Shown here: in pieces, positions 37,680 to 51,899 of the stretch | Layout: each line of letters opens with the position of its first letter | Position numbering within the stretch: the first letter of the stretch is position 1 | Assembly (NCBI GenBank): GCA_016748015.1 | Contig: JAAOMT010000046.1 | Location: 248,001 to 312,000 of the forward strand | Direction of reading: 5' to 3' | Length of the DNA stretch: 64,000 bases | Origin: Geosiphon pyriformis uo1 | Taxonomy: Eukaryota; Fungi; Glomeromycota | Position numbers and translations under genes: made by a program | Notes under the pieces: generated by a model | What the model saw: the letters and a program-made list of their open reading frames with translations, nothing else | What the model was told of the DNA's origin: nothing | The model's database searches: none

Positions 37680-40553
37680 ATGGAAACAATGTATTTCAAT
37701 CCTTTCTTAAACACTTGCCTTCGCAGTCGATTATTATGGAAACCTGCCACCAGTTTTATCAGTACGATATCTTCTCACTCTCACAAGGCCATCAAAAAAG
37801 GGTATTGAGTTTTAACGTCTTTTCAGTCATTATCCTGAAGAAACCTTATATTTTTTGGCCATTTTTCTAGAGGATTAAAAAAAATCACGTCGATTTTGGA
37901 CAAAGAGATTAAAGAATTAGAAGCAAAGCTCGAGACTCATGACAAGCAAAGATCTACCCAGGTATCTTGCTCACAGTGGTCTAACTTCTCTGATTGTAAT
38001 TTAAATACCATTTGCAACTTCAACAGTACGCTGACCTTCAACATTCATACTCATAATATTTAATCTTACCGTAAAGTTAGGCCTATTATAAGCCATTTTC
38101 TGAAGTTGATTATATGCAAATCTATGACGCATTGTCCGTACCTCTTTCTCCACAACCAAAGAGCCCCAAGCTTGCCTCAATACGTGATAAATATAAAATT
38201 TCTTCCTCTGGAGGACAAAACTTTACACTTGAGTTAGAAACGCCGCCATTTGAAACGAATTCTGAAACTGGGGAGCACTCAAAAACTTTAATATCAATCG
38301 AGGATATCAAGGCGTTAGCTAATTCAAAAGAAAACAACCCTTCTTTAAAATCATATTCACTTGACCTTTTATTATTTAATAAAATACTGACTAACTGCGT
38401 AGGTAAACAATTTGTCAAATTTCTGGTTTCTTAATACTAATGACTCCTATTATTGGATTAAAATAGGTTAAAAAAAAAGATATCAACGCCACAGAAGAAA
38501 TCCTGAAATTAATGGAGGTAAGCATATTTTTAAAAATTGGCTGCACAATAACGCCCCGGTCTCACATCTTATTTATAGAAATTTTCCATCTCCCCTGATG
38601 TTCGGACCTACGAGCACCTTATTGATCTATATTCCAGAGTTGGTGATTTAAACAAGGCAGTGTTGGCCTTTAACTTAATCGAGTCAAGTAAGTTACAATC
38701 TTTTCGCATATCACAATTTTACTTTTTCTGGCTATAAACTTCATACTCTCATAATTAGATGGATTAAAACCAACGATATTTGCATACCATTATCTGATAA
38801 GAGCTTATTGTAATAATAACCATCTTATTGATGCCTTCAAAGTTTACGAGAAAATTAAAACCTCACGCTTAATCCCGACTCAGGCAATTATTTTATTAGT
38901 TATAGCAAAACTCACAATAAGAAATGAATCACTTATTTCTATATTCGCATTCTTGTCTTCCAAAGCCCATTTATACTACCCTTATTAAAGGATGTATCGA
39001 TCGGCGAGAGATGGCGCTTGCTTGGAAAACATTCGATTATATGCGGCTGGAAATCTGTGAACCTGATGAAGTTACGTATAGCTTAATGATCCACGCTTGT
39101 GCTAAGGTGTGAAACCGTTTAATTTGATTCTTAATTCAGATACCATTTTTTCTTCTCACAAGACTACTAACGTACTTAGTCCCAAGAAGTCGAACGGGCT
39201 TTTGATTTATTTCAAGAAATGACGGAAAAAGGATTATCACCGACCGACGTCACATTCAATTCCTTATTAAATGCTTGCGCATTGCGAAAAGATATCCTTA
39301 GAATCCCAGTTATTCGTTTTTATCTCATCTTGCAAGGAACATTCTTAACATTTTGGCACAACACATTATTATAATGAGGCTTTTACCTTGTTGGAACAAA
39401 TGGAAGAGCATGGGTTTCAAGCTGATCAGATTACGTATAACACTTTGATCTTTGCTTGCTCAAAGCAAGGAGATTTGGCGACTGCAAGGAAGTTATTAAA
39501 GAGAATGATGGAAAGGTAGGCTTATGCGAAAATCCTACAACGTCAATGTTTGACTAATCAACCTTCCCTCCATTAGTACGGAAAAACAGCCCGAATTGGC
39601 CCCTAACGTGGTTTCATACGTTAATATGTTTTGGGTATACTCGTCATACAAGCCAGCAGGACATTCACGCAGATTGGACGACAGTGCCCAGCATTTTGAA
39701 TCATCCACCCGATCAATCACCGGATTTAAAAGTGATATAAATCCAATTTACAGAGAGGATTCTTTAAATGCCCACGCCAAAACAGACCCTTTTTTGCCTT
39801 ACCACCCAGAGACAGATAATCAAGCCTTTATTGAGGCTAAAATGATTTTTGATTATATTGTGCACAATGCAAATCGTTCCTTAAATAGAGAAACGGTGAT
39901 GCAGAATCAAAATATAGTCACCATAACCCCATTTCTAATTGATGCCTATCTTAACGTGGTTGTCCGAAAAGGCGATTTCCAAACAGCAGTTTCAGTGTAT
40001 ACCGATGTCTTCTCCAATTTCAAGCTTGAGCACACAGGGTGGACATTCATCGCAATGTTGAGAGCTTGTTTCCGCCATAGACGGCTTGATGATGCTTCCC
40101 GAATATGGAAGGATTGGATAATTTGGTGGAAAGAACAAAGTACAATGTATCAGAATATTGATACTCACAAGAGAGAGATAAAATTTAAAGCCATCGGACA
40201 TACAATTGATGTACGGTACCAAGCATATCGTTCCATGATCAATACTTTAGCGAGGTAACTTGAACTTATACATGTATAAATTATCTGAATACAATTAAAT
40301 CTCATCCTCCGAATGTTTTTCCTTTATTAGATGCGATGAGGTACCTGGAGCCATAAAACTGCTAATAAGATTGGGACAAAGCGGAACCCCAAAGTTTTCA
40401 GATTTTTATCCTTTATACCATAAATGTATCCAAAAAGAGGATAAGGAAGCAATGAATCGATTGTTAATTGTATGTGCTGAACCAAAGACCAAGTTAGATG
40501 AGGTCAATCGTTTATTACTCCGAAAATGGAATGGCGGAACAAAATTTCGCTAA
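37680..40553 (+). CDS. Pentatricopeptide-repeat protein, probably mitochondrial (CCM1/Dmr1-like). 11 exons: 37680-37801, 37871-37961, 38081-38398, 38467-38517, 38579-38687, 38759-38883, 38966-39106, 39180-39291, 39365-39515, 39577-40254, 40331-40553
   Basis: Manual splicing gives one open frame with PPR motifs PDVRTYEHLIDLY, PIYTTLIKGC, PDEVTYSLMIHAC, PTDVTFNSLLNAC and ADQITYNTLIFAC. The Arg/Ser-rich N-terminus resembles a presequence. CpG is retained. Confidence 0.9.
38884..38965 (+). other. GC-AG intron
   Basis: CAG|GCAATT...CCAAAG|CCC joins LIPTQ to PIYTTLIKG in phase 0. No usable GT donor is present. Confidence 0.75.
39292..39364 (+). other. U12-type (minor spliceosome) AT-AC intron
   Basis: 5' site ATATCCTT, branch TTCTTAAC (39342-39349), 3' end CAC. 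Removing 73 nt restores LRKD-YYNEAF; retention hits a stop. Confidence 0.9.
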
Positions 40554-40715
40554 GGAGGCCGAGAAAAAAATGTTAGTTTTAAAATATCCGTCACTGTATA
40601 TAATTTATAAGAGAATGTTCAACTACCATTCATAAGTCGTTGCTAATTTATTGACTATCGTTTTTGAGGAGTACTCTTGGTTTTATAAAAAGCTCGGTAT
40701 TCTTACAAGCCCTTA

Positions 40716-41311
40716 TTAGGGCATAATATAATAAAAACCATTTATAAGAGCCGATAATATCAATGGACCAAACGTTAATGCCATTCCGACAGGGCGCCAT
40801 ACATTAACCCCTTGATTTTTAGAAAAAGAAATCTCCGAATGCACCACTCTTCCAGCTAATGAAGTTATGCAAATTCCATGTAAAACAGAAGAAGAAAGGT
40901 GATTGTTGATTTCAACAAAAAAAAGTAGTAATAAAGTGAATGGTACGTATTCAACAAAATTGGCGTGAGCGCGGACCTTGCGCTGAACTTCGTGAAATCC
41001 CGCGAGATTGAGGGGACGACAGCTCAAGTGAGGCTTTTGGATCGCCTTGCCTTGGTCATTGGAGCTTAGGCTCGATTGTGTTTTCCACCGTTCCAGCTCG
41101 ATAAAAGCTAAATATTCAAGCGTGCTGAAAGAATTATAATTTATTAATGCCGTATACCAGAGACTCGCAAATATAACTTTTTTCGAATTTTAACCCACCC
41201 ATCCCCAAGCGGAACATAAAACCTGCGCCTTGCTTTAATCACTCGAACACTTAAAACAAAATAATAAATCGCGAATATGCAAGAGTAAAATGGTACAAGA
41301 TGAGACTCCAT
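40716..41311 (-). CDS. MAPEG family membrane protein (microsomal GST/YecN-like); exons 41311-41199 and 41124-40716
   Basis: MESHLVPFYSCIFAIYYFVLSVRVIKARRRFYVPLGDG, a GT-AG intron, then ...RKVRAHANFVEYVPFTLLLL...GRVVH: MAPEG RAHxNxxE motif and four hydrophobic segments. Confidence 0.88.
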
Positions 41312-42401
41312 AATACTAACAATTCAATATTGAGGTTGCAATGTATTAAAATTAAAAAATTTAATTTGGGCCAACCCATATTAATATTGGTGCATTATTT
41401 AAATAGAAACTGAATTTTGAAGTCTTGCTGCTTTAGTAAAAGATACTTTGTAATTTGGTATGTTTTTCAATTCTGAAGATTCAGCATTTATATTTTTCAA
41501 ATCACCTATTTGATAAAAAAAAATTAAAACTTCAGACATCTGAGATAATACCAGTTTGATTTATTCTTGAAATATGAATTTGTCCATAGCTTTAACCTAA
41601 AAAGATAATTAGTGTTTTTTGTTTAATTGTTTAATCAATTTTACATTTTACAAAACTTATTATATAGCCAATTTGTGTAACTTTTTTTTGTGTTATTTGA
41701 ATTTACTGCAAATTAAATTTGTTATCAAAATTTACAAATAATAGAAATGAAAACAATTACTTTTTTTTGTTTTTTTGCTTTAATTCCAATATTATAAAAA
41801 TTTAAGCTTTATAAACTTATTATAAATAAATAATAAAAAATAAATGTTTTAAAAAAAGATAGTTTTAAAAACAAATAATTTAAAAAGTTATTATTTTTAT
41901 AAATAAAGTACAAAAAGTTAACTTACCAAAATTTTTAAAACAAATTTTAAAAAAATATAACTATTATATTATTAAAAATTTTTAAATACAATAATTTAAT
42001 AAAAACATTAATAATTTTTTAACAAATTAAATAATAAATTTATTTTTATATTAAAAAAATACTTAATAAAAAAAATACAATTTAAAACAATAAATTTTAT
42101 TTTAAATATAATTAATATACATAAAAATTTTTTTAAAAATGTTATTTTTAAAAAAAGTTTTTTGTCTTTATTATAATTTTTAATATTTAATTTAATAAAA
42201 CCAAATTTTTTGTGTTTAATTTTAAGTTTATTAATATTATTAATAAAAAAATAAAAAAATATATTTATATAAAATAATATTATTGTTTATTTTAAATTTA
42301 ATAGTAATCTTGACTATAATTTTAATTTTTAAAAACATTAATTTAAATTAAACTAAGTTGAATATGTTTTTATATACTAATTGTAAAATATTTAGTCATA
42401 T

Positions 42402-45400
42402 TATTATGGTTAAAATCTATACTTTTTATTAGTTATTATATGTATTAGCCACTAATATTATATAATTAACCACTTTATTTTTAGATAGTAATTGTTGACC
42501 TAATTACTGACCTAATCATTAAACTGATTATTGATCTAATCAATAATCTAATCATTGATCTGATCATTAACTTAATTATTAACCTAGTTATTAACTTGAT
42601 TATTGACCACTTTTAATAACTATATAAGTAATAAATCTTTTAACTATAAAAAAGCATATAAGAATTAAAGAAAAAAATAAAATAAAATAACAACTTCATT
42701 TTAATTCTTCTCTTTTTGCTAATTTTTTTTTATCTTCAAGTATCTGAATATTTTAGAATAAAAAATTACTTTTTGGCATTTACTTATTTTTTTCTTAACT
42801 TGTATAATTGTAGCATTTGAAAATTATTAAATAAAACATAACTAAAAAACATATTTAATATCTGATATTGACTTTTAAAAGCATTAACATGAGGCATAAA
42901 ATTATACCAGTGTGTTATCATTTGTTAACAGTACAAACTATCTTTCTATCTTTAGATTCTATAATTATCTTTTGAAAAAAATAATGACTAAGATATTTTA
43001 TGAGACTAATCTTACATATTGAATCCATATTTATTCAATTTATTCTTTGAAATTAAATTTTTTTTTGATTAATTTTATCACTCTACAATTCTGTTTTTTC
43101 TTGCTATTTATTAGTATGTTACTTCAACTCATAACATAAAAGTAATGCTTTCTGTAAGATTGTCAACATCTATTTGTTTTCTATTGTATAAGTAATTATT
43201 TATATCTGTTACAACAATCAAAAAAACACTTTAAAGCACACAACAAAAACAACTTAAACTTTATTGAACTCAATTTTTTGTCTTTCTGCTTGATTTGTTT
43301 TCTTATTAAAGAACAATCCAGAAAACAATTCCAAGATTTTTGAAACTGGTTTCTAAACAAACACTCAACTGAAATCTACAAAGTCTACACAGCTTACTTC
43401 TTTAACCAAGCTGACTTTGAAGACAATCTTGAAAAAAGAAATAATAACATCAATTAGCTTTTATATTCAACAATCTTTAAACAACAACTCCTGATTTCAA
43501 ATATCTGAATCATCAAATTTACATCTGAATTGTTGCTTATTAATTAACTAAAACTTTCCTTAAAACAGAAAAAAAAGCTACCAAACCATTTTTGTTTTTG
43601 ATCTCTTTTTAAGTAATTTAAATTATTTTACACAAACTGTTACTTCTAAAATAATAACTGCTGATCTCATACAAACAAACATTTTAGCTGCTCTCCAAGA
43701 TATACAAACTGCTTTAGAATGAAAAAATAACATTCTATTACTACTATTTAGAGATAATACTTAAAAACCAATTAAATAGTTGGACAATTTTAAAAGAACA
43801 GCCACTGCAAATTAATATAATACAAAATACAAGTTTCAAATCATTGGTGGCTATCTTTAAAGCTCTTCTGCTACTTGGTTTTTACAAAAAACCAATGTTA
43901 ATGCTCACCAAAAAATCATTAAATGAACACCAATAAATACTAAAGAAAAAATATCTCTTTTACCATTCAGTTTGAAAACAAATTCAGAACTTCCATCTTA
44001 ATCTCAAAATGGCATATAAAATTAGAAAAAAAAACTCAAAGTTCTGATAAAGTTGTAACTAAATATGCCAAAGCAATCCGAAAACTAATCAAAAAATGCA
44101 CTTGGAATTCACTCTTTCAGTTTTTGCTTCTGTTTCTATTTTGGTTTCTGCTTTATAAATAGCTGCTACTTCTTTTACTGTTCAAACTCAAGACTCAAAT
44201 AAACAGTTAATAGATAAACTTACAGCAAATTTTGCTCAGCTATTAGAACCTTTGACACAAGCAGTTAGAGATAACTAGCAATTACAAAAACCCAGATTTG
44301 AATCATGTTTTAATTAGTCTTAGCAATCATTTTATCAAAGACAACAAAATTATGGCCTACCAATATGCTATTACTGTGAATTAACTAAACATTTCTCAAG
44401 AGATTACAACAATCCTCTCTTGCCCTCTCTAGCTTTTAAAAACAATAATACTCAGAACAACAGACTTAACAATAATAATACATCTAATCAAAAACCTAAT
44501 TATGTCAACATTAACTTCTTTGGAGAGAATCTCTTAGTTGAAGCCATTATTTATTAATCTTTAAACTAATAGACATATTTTCAAAAGGTAAGAGTACAAG
44601 CCAACCAAAAAAAAACCTTTTTTATGCTTTTAATCTAACTAATAATGACTATGGTATAAATAAATTGGCAATTAACTCCTCTGATTTAACAAAAAAAAAA
44701 AAAAGCCAAGATTGATTTCATCCTGAATTCTAATAAAGCTTTTATATTAACTACTAACAATAATGAGCTATTAAAAGCAAAAATCTTCAAAAATCTTCCA
44801 AAGTTAGAACCTTCAAAAATAGTACAAAAATCTGATCTCTACTTTATTGTTAAAGATCTTATAAAAACCCCAGCTCACATTACTTTTGGCCAACTAATAA
44901 CTCATTCACAATTTAGAAAAAACCTTTACAAATTATTGATTTTAAAAAAAAAGACACCAAAAACTAACAAGCACTCTTATTAAGCTAGACTTGCTAATAA
45001 TAGTAATGTTACTCTTCTAATTTGCAAAGCACAAGTGGTTAATTACTTTATTGATTTGATTTTAAATAGTAGATTATCTGTTAATGTTATTGCCAAACAT
45101 TTTTTTAAAGCAATTGATAGAAAAATTAATAAATTTTCAACCAGATTTATGACCAATGTATATGGCAACAAAAAAAAAAGCTTGGTATAGCCAAAGCTGT
45201 TTCTGTTTGCATTAATAACATTAACATTAAAACTAATATAGAGGTTTCTGAAGCCAAAAAATACACTATTATTGTTGGCAATAAATGGTTTAAGAAAACA
45301 AAAGCTTTACTTAACTATGAACTTTGTAAGCTAACCATCAAATATGATAAGAAACCCATTATAATTAAGTGTTGTTATTGGACAACTTCTTCAGTACTTA

Positions 45401-48400
45401 TGCAAAATCCAAAAGAAAAACAATCAAATAAATTAGATGATAAAGAAAGCAAAAAAAAACAAAATAAAAAAAAACAAAAAGAAACTGCTAAACTTACCTA
45501 CACTATTTTTACCAATAATAACAAGCCACTAAACAATGTTAAAACTGACAAAAAAGAAATTATTGTAAATAACAAGTTAATCTGTTGGCCATACTATAAC
45601 ATACTCAAAAAAACCTTTAACAGAAAACCTAGCAAAAAAGCCAAATACAGTTATTAGTAGTATAATCTTTATGCCTGGTGCTAATGTAATAAGCCATTGT
45701 ATTCTTTCAATGATGAATGCAAATTTTGCCTGATTTATTACAAAGACTGAGAACTTATTAGCTTGATACCAAAAAAAGAAATACAAGAAGTACAAAAGTT
45801 TTTTAAAAATAAACCACCAAAGATACAGTCATTAATAATAAAGCAAAAAAAACTCTCTCCAAAAGAAAAAAAGATAAACATTAAAAATTTGTTGGCTAGA
45901 AACAACCCAGTTATCTCAAAAGAAGGTAATATTTCTAAACATACCTATGTGATACAACATATTATTACCACCAGAGAAATTCACTCTATCTATTTGAAAT
46001 CTTATTAATCTAATTACTATAATAATAAATTTATTAAGAAAGAAATAAACTAAATTAAAAACCTTGAATTTATACAAAAAACCAAAAGTAAATAGGTTTT
46101 TTTAGTTGTAGTAGTATTCAAAAAAGATAAAACTCTATGCTTCTGTATTAACTATCAACAATTAAATGTTATTACTGAAAAAAACATGTACTTATTTTCC
46201 AAAATTGATGTAATGCTAAACAAATTCAATGGTGCTGCTTTTTTCTTAACTATTGACTTAATTGCTAAATTTTGGCAAATAAAAATAGATCCAAAAAGCA
46301 GAAAAAAAACTGTTTTTATTATTAAGTATGGTACCTATAAATTTACAGTTATGCTTTTTGGCCTCATCAATACTCTTCTCATCTTTTAATGCTTAATGAA
46401 CAAAGTATTTAAATCAGTAAAAGAAAACTTTGTTCTAGTCTATTTGGATAACATAATAGTATACTCAAAAACTTGGAATAAACATCTTGAATATTTACAA
46501 AAAAATTTTGATCTTCTCAAAAATGTTGATCTTAAAATCAATTCTATCAACTCTTTTTTTGGGTGACAATTCATCCAGTTCCTTGGTTATTTTATTACAA
46601 AAAATAGAATTTTCCCTAATCTAATCAAAATTGAAAAAGTTCAAAACATTAAACAACCAATAAATCTTTATAAACTATGCTCTTTTCTTGAATTGGCCTT
46701 TTATTATCACAAATTTATCAAGAATTTCTCCAAAATTGCCTTTCTTCTTAATTAGCTATTTAAAAAAAAAGTCAATTATTACTGGGATATGCATTAACAA
46801 AAAGTATTTGAAACTTTGAAGAAAAAATTGGTTACAAAACTTATTCTTATGCAACTTGATCTGAATCAATCTTTTATTTTTCATATTGATGCATTCAACT
46901 ATAAACTTGGTGCTGTTCTCTTACAAAAAAATAAAAATGACAAAGAACATACTATAGCATATGTAAGCAAAACACTTTTATTAGCAGAACAGAACTATTT
47001 TATTACTGAGCAAGATGCTTGGCAGTAGTTTGGACTATTAGTTACTGGAATAAATATTTTCTTGGTGTAAAATTTTTGGTAATAACAGATCATTAAGCTT
47101 TGGTTTGGCTGCACAACAAAAAGAAGCTAGAACACAAACAAATAACTTACTGGATACTCCACCTAGATGAATTTAATTATGACATTTGATATTACAAAAG
47201 AGCAAATTATTAAAACACTGATGCTCTTTTTAGACTTATCATTTAGCAATAATACAACCTTCAAAACCAAATCAATTTAATTATTAATATTTTTTCTCTT
47301 AACCAAACATGATAATAGAATTGTACAACTACTCTGCACTAATAAAATTTTTAGGTAAAAAACAATATTTACTAGATTAAAATTGACAGCAAAGAAAACA
47401 TTTGTGCAAACAATTAAATTTTTATTTAATTTATTAGAACCAGTTATATAAAAAAAATAAAAAAAATCTTAACTGCTCCCAAAAAGTCATTAGATTTAAA
47501 GAAAAAAAATTGTGATCTATAACATGCATACTAATCCATTAGCTAAACACTTTGAAAAAACAAAAACAATTTAGAAAACTTTAACTCACTATTATTGGCC
47601 TATCTTGAAAAAAAACATTGCTGAGTACATTAAAACTTGTAATATTAGCCAAAGAAGAAAAAAACCCAATTACAAAGAAAATATTCATCCAATCTCTGTT
47701 GGTTAATCATTTGACAAAATTGGTATAGATGTTGTTGTATCTTTAACAATAACTTCTAATGGCAACAGATATATTATTATAGCTACTAACTATTTTACAA
47801 AGTCAGTAGAAGCAAGAGTTATTTCAAACCAAACAGCAATCTTTATAACCAATTTTATTTATAAAGATATCATCTGCCATCATGGCTGTTCCAAAAAACT
47901 TTTATCTAATAGAGGAAAAACTTTTTTCAGTACACTGGTTGAAAAACCTTCTAAAAAAATAAGAATACATTATAAACTTTCTTTTTCTTACTATTCTTAA
48001 ACAAATAATCTAGTAAAATGTTTCAACAAAACATTATGTAAAACATTGGCCAAAACCAGTAAAAAAAAAACTTATGAGACAAAGTGTTGTCTTAGTAAAA
48101 ACACAAATAATTGCTTTTGAAAAGATAAAACAGTTTCAAGAAAAGCTTAAGAAAAAGAAAATCTATAAAACACTTTTTTTAAATATTAGTAACTTAGTTT
48201 TGGAATATTGTTTAAACAAAGACAATATCTATGGTAATAAGTTTTTTAGCTAGTGAAAAAAACCTTTTATAGTCAACAAAGTTTTAAACAATGGTTCTTA
48301 TATCCTATAAAATCAATATAGAACAATTTTCAATAATTGTTCTGTTTATGATACATGACTTAAAAAATATTACAAACGATCTGATTGGTTACTTATTGTA

Positions 48401-49766
48401 ATAATACTGACCCAAATAATCAGCAAAAATTAGGTATAAATAAATACACTATTTCCAAAACAGAAATATCTTCAATTGATATAAACAATTATTTCCTGAA
48501 TCAAAACATTCAAAATGCTTTTTATACTTTTTATAAATATTGAATTAAAAACTATTCAAATACTACTTTAATTATTGGAAAACAAATCACTATAGCTGAT
48601 AACAATAAAACACATACTGTTATTAGACTAAAGAAAACCACTATCAGAAGAAAAAAAATTGGTAGCAAAATGAATAAATATCTGCTAAAAAATATAACAG
48701 CAGCAATACTTTTACTTTCTATTACAATTGGAAAAATGATTAAAGAAATTTTGCCTATAGACAAAAACTTGTCATATGGAAGACAACTAGAACTTTATGG
48801 TTACCTTGATAAAATTAAAAAAGATATAAAATTTATAAAGAAAACAACTTTAGAGATACAAGTAGAAATTTTGGGCATTATATGATTAGATGTTTCAAAA
48901 GTTTTGACCATTGCTAAAAGAACTAAAACTTTTATATAAAGATTTGGTCTCTTAAATACAAAACTTATTTTGCTTCAAGTATTATATATTTTATTCACAA
49001 AAGACTTCAATAAACTAGTTAGCTTTAAGTTAGATGAAATCTTTCAAATAAAATATTTTATAAATAATTTGATTTTACTAGAGCTTAATTTCTTTAAAAA
49101 GAATAATGTTATAGTTAAAACCCATACTTTTTATTAATTATCTTATATATTAACCACTAATGTCATATAATTAGCCACCCTATTTTTAGATAGTGATTGT
49201 TAACCTAATTATTAATCTAATTGTTAACCTAGTTATTGACCATTTTCAATAGCTATATAAGTAATAAATCTCTTAGCTATAAAAAAGCATGTAAAAATCA
49301 AAAAAAAAAATAAAATAAAATAACAACTTCATTTTAATTCTTCTCTTTTTATTAATTTTTTTTCTTACCTTTAAGTATCTGAATATCTTGGAATAAAAAA
49401 TTAATTATTGGTATTTACTTACTCTTTTTTTGATTTATATAATTATAGCATTTGAAAATTATTAAATAAAATATAACTAAAGAGCACATCTAATACCTGA
49501 TATTGAATTCTAAGAGTATTAATGTGAAACATAGAATTATATCAGTTATTATTTGTTAACAGTACAGACTATTTTTTTATTTTCAGATTTTTCAGTTATC
49601 TTTTGAAAAGAATAGTAACTAAACTATTTTATAAAACTGATTTTACATATTAAATTTATATTTATTTAATTCACTCCTTAAAGTTAAATTCTCTTTAATT
49701 AATTTTATTATCCTATAATTCTGTTCTTCCTTGCTATCTGTTAACTTGTTACTCTAACCTGTAACA
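42402..49766 (+). mobile_element. Gypsy family A copy A7, full length but decayed; LTRs 42402-43136 and 49107-49766
   Basis: ATAT TSD on both sides; PBS, gag, pol, IN, ORF3 and PPT. Internal deletions near 44095 and 48095. Confidence 0.92.
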
Positions 49767-51469
49767 ATATTATATTAGTATATAATTTAAATATAATTTT
49801 ATTTCCAAAAACTTAAACAAAAAAAAATTTGAAACTTTAATAAAAATAAATTAACAAATATTTAAACCAAAAAATCAGCTTTTATTAAATCAAATTTTTG
49901 GTTTGTTTTATAAATTGAATTTTTTATTAAATTTTTCTTTTTTTTTAATCTTTAATACTGCTTTTTTTTGTTGTTGTAATTATTGATTTAAATATAATTA
50001 TAAATGTTTTTTCTGTACTTTTATCATTAAATTTGTTTAATAGTTTTAATAATTTTATATTTTTAAATATAAATAGCACTAATGTTTTTATTTTTAAACT
50101 AAGCAGTTTAAAAACCAATATATTAAAGCTTAAAAACTTTATAAAAACTGTTTTTATAAAGTTAAACTATTTATATATTGGTATTTTTTTTTCTTTTTTC
50201 AATAATTAATCTTATTTAAAATATTGCAATATATAATATTAAAAATTTGAATTAATAAAATTAACTTTATAGCTTAGATAATTTTAGTATTAACAAGTAA
50301 ATTAAACAATATTAATACTAAAAATACAATTAAACCAAATAATATTAATATATAAAAAAATACTTAGATTAAAAAACTATTTATTATATTAATAAATACA
50401 ATAATATAAACTTTAGTAATGTAAATATAACTTTAAATATTTTAGAAATTAAAATTAAGATAATAATTATAAAGTTTTTAAAAAAAATTAATTATAATAT
50501 TTTTAATAATAACTTTTGTGCTTTTTTTTTCTTTTTAAAATTAAAGTTAATATTTTTATTAAAAAATTATTTATAGTAAATATTAATCTTGTTATAATTA
50601 ATAATAATTTATTTTAGAAAAAATTAAAAACAGTTAAAAAATTGTTTTCAAATATAAATAATTTTAAAGAAATTTTTATTTTTTTAAAATTTAGTGAAAT
50701 TATTTATATAACTTTTATATTTAAATTAAAAATAACATAGAACTGCAAATTTGGCAAATAATAACAACATAATAATAAATACTAATTTAAAAAAACCAAA
50801 TATTCAAATTAAGCTGTTGTTATAAAAAAAAAATTTGTAAAAACATTTATAAAGACTATATATATTATATTATTTAAGTTTAAAAATATTAATTTAATCA
50901 AAATATAATTGGTAAAACTATAACAAAAAACATTAATTGAATTTAATAATTAAGTTCAGATTTAATTTTTATATCTAAATAATTTATCTTAATTAAAAAA
51001 ATATAGTCTAAATAATTAAAGCTAATATTAATAAATTATTATAAAATATTTTTAAATTTTGCTTTATACTTTGCCAATAATTTTATAAAACAAACAAATA
51101 TTATATTAAAAATAAATATTGTATTTTTATTTTTATTAAAACTAAATTAAAAAAATATAAATCTTAAATTAAAAACAAATTTTTAGATATTTAAGTTTTT
51201 TGTTAAAAAAAAATGATTATTTATAATTTGAGACAAAAAAAATAGAATTTTAAATAGAATTTTTTAATAAAATATTTCAAATTATTTAATAAACTTATTT
51301 ATTAGCTTTTTAATAATATACAATTAAATTTTTATTAAAGTTTAATAATTATTGATTATACAATTAATAAAAATAATATGATAACTTTTTTACTTATAAA
51401 TTTTTTTAATATATTTTATAATTAATTTAAAATAATAATTTCTATTTTTTTTGGTTTAAATTGTCAATT

Positions 51470-51507
<38 letters not shown>

Positions 51508-51899
51508 GTTAAACATGTTTTCGAAATTACTAAAATTAAAAACAGATTATTTAATATTAAGTTTTTGTTTTATAATAAGATTTTAATTTATATTATTAAA
51601 GTTTATATTAATATTTTTTTAAATAAGCTAAATTTATTAATAAATTTATTATATATTTTATATAATTTTACACATATAAATATTAAAAGTAATTTCAATA
51701 AAATAATTTTAATTGTTATATTAATATAATTTGTTTTAAGAATATAAAATTGTTTAATATTTAATTAAAAAATTTAAAATTAATTTAAATAGTTTGGTAA
51801 ATATTAAGCTTAATTTTATTAAAAATTAAGTTAATAAAAATTGTTAAAAATATGATATTATTAATAAAATATTATTATATAGTTAAATTTTAATAATAT
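49767..51899 (+). mobile_element. Extremely decayed, very AT-rich relic, probably LINE ORF1/AP-endonuclease region
   Basis: Residual translations such as KKLKTVKKLFSNINNFKEIFIFLKFSEIIYITF and KHVFEITKIKNRLFNIKFLF resemble LINE ORF1/APE once A>G/T>C reversion is allowed. Recognised by eye only. Confidence 0.4.
51474..51507. repeat. (TAT)n microsatellite, about 11 units
   Basis: Read directly. Confidence 0.9.

Noticed and set aside
40716-41311. Recent bacterial horizontal transfer of the MAPEG gene
   Set aside because: The gene has a spliceosomal intron and host-like composition, and MAPEGs are widespread in eukaryotes. This cannot be supported without a phylogeny.
41700-42401. Centromere or origin-like AT-rich tract
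   Set aside because: No repeat unit or motif is present. It is more simply terminally eroded TE sequence continuous with 49767 onward across the A7 TSD.
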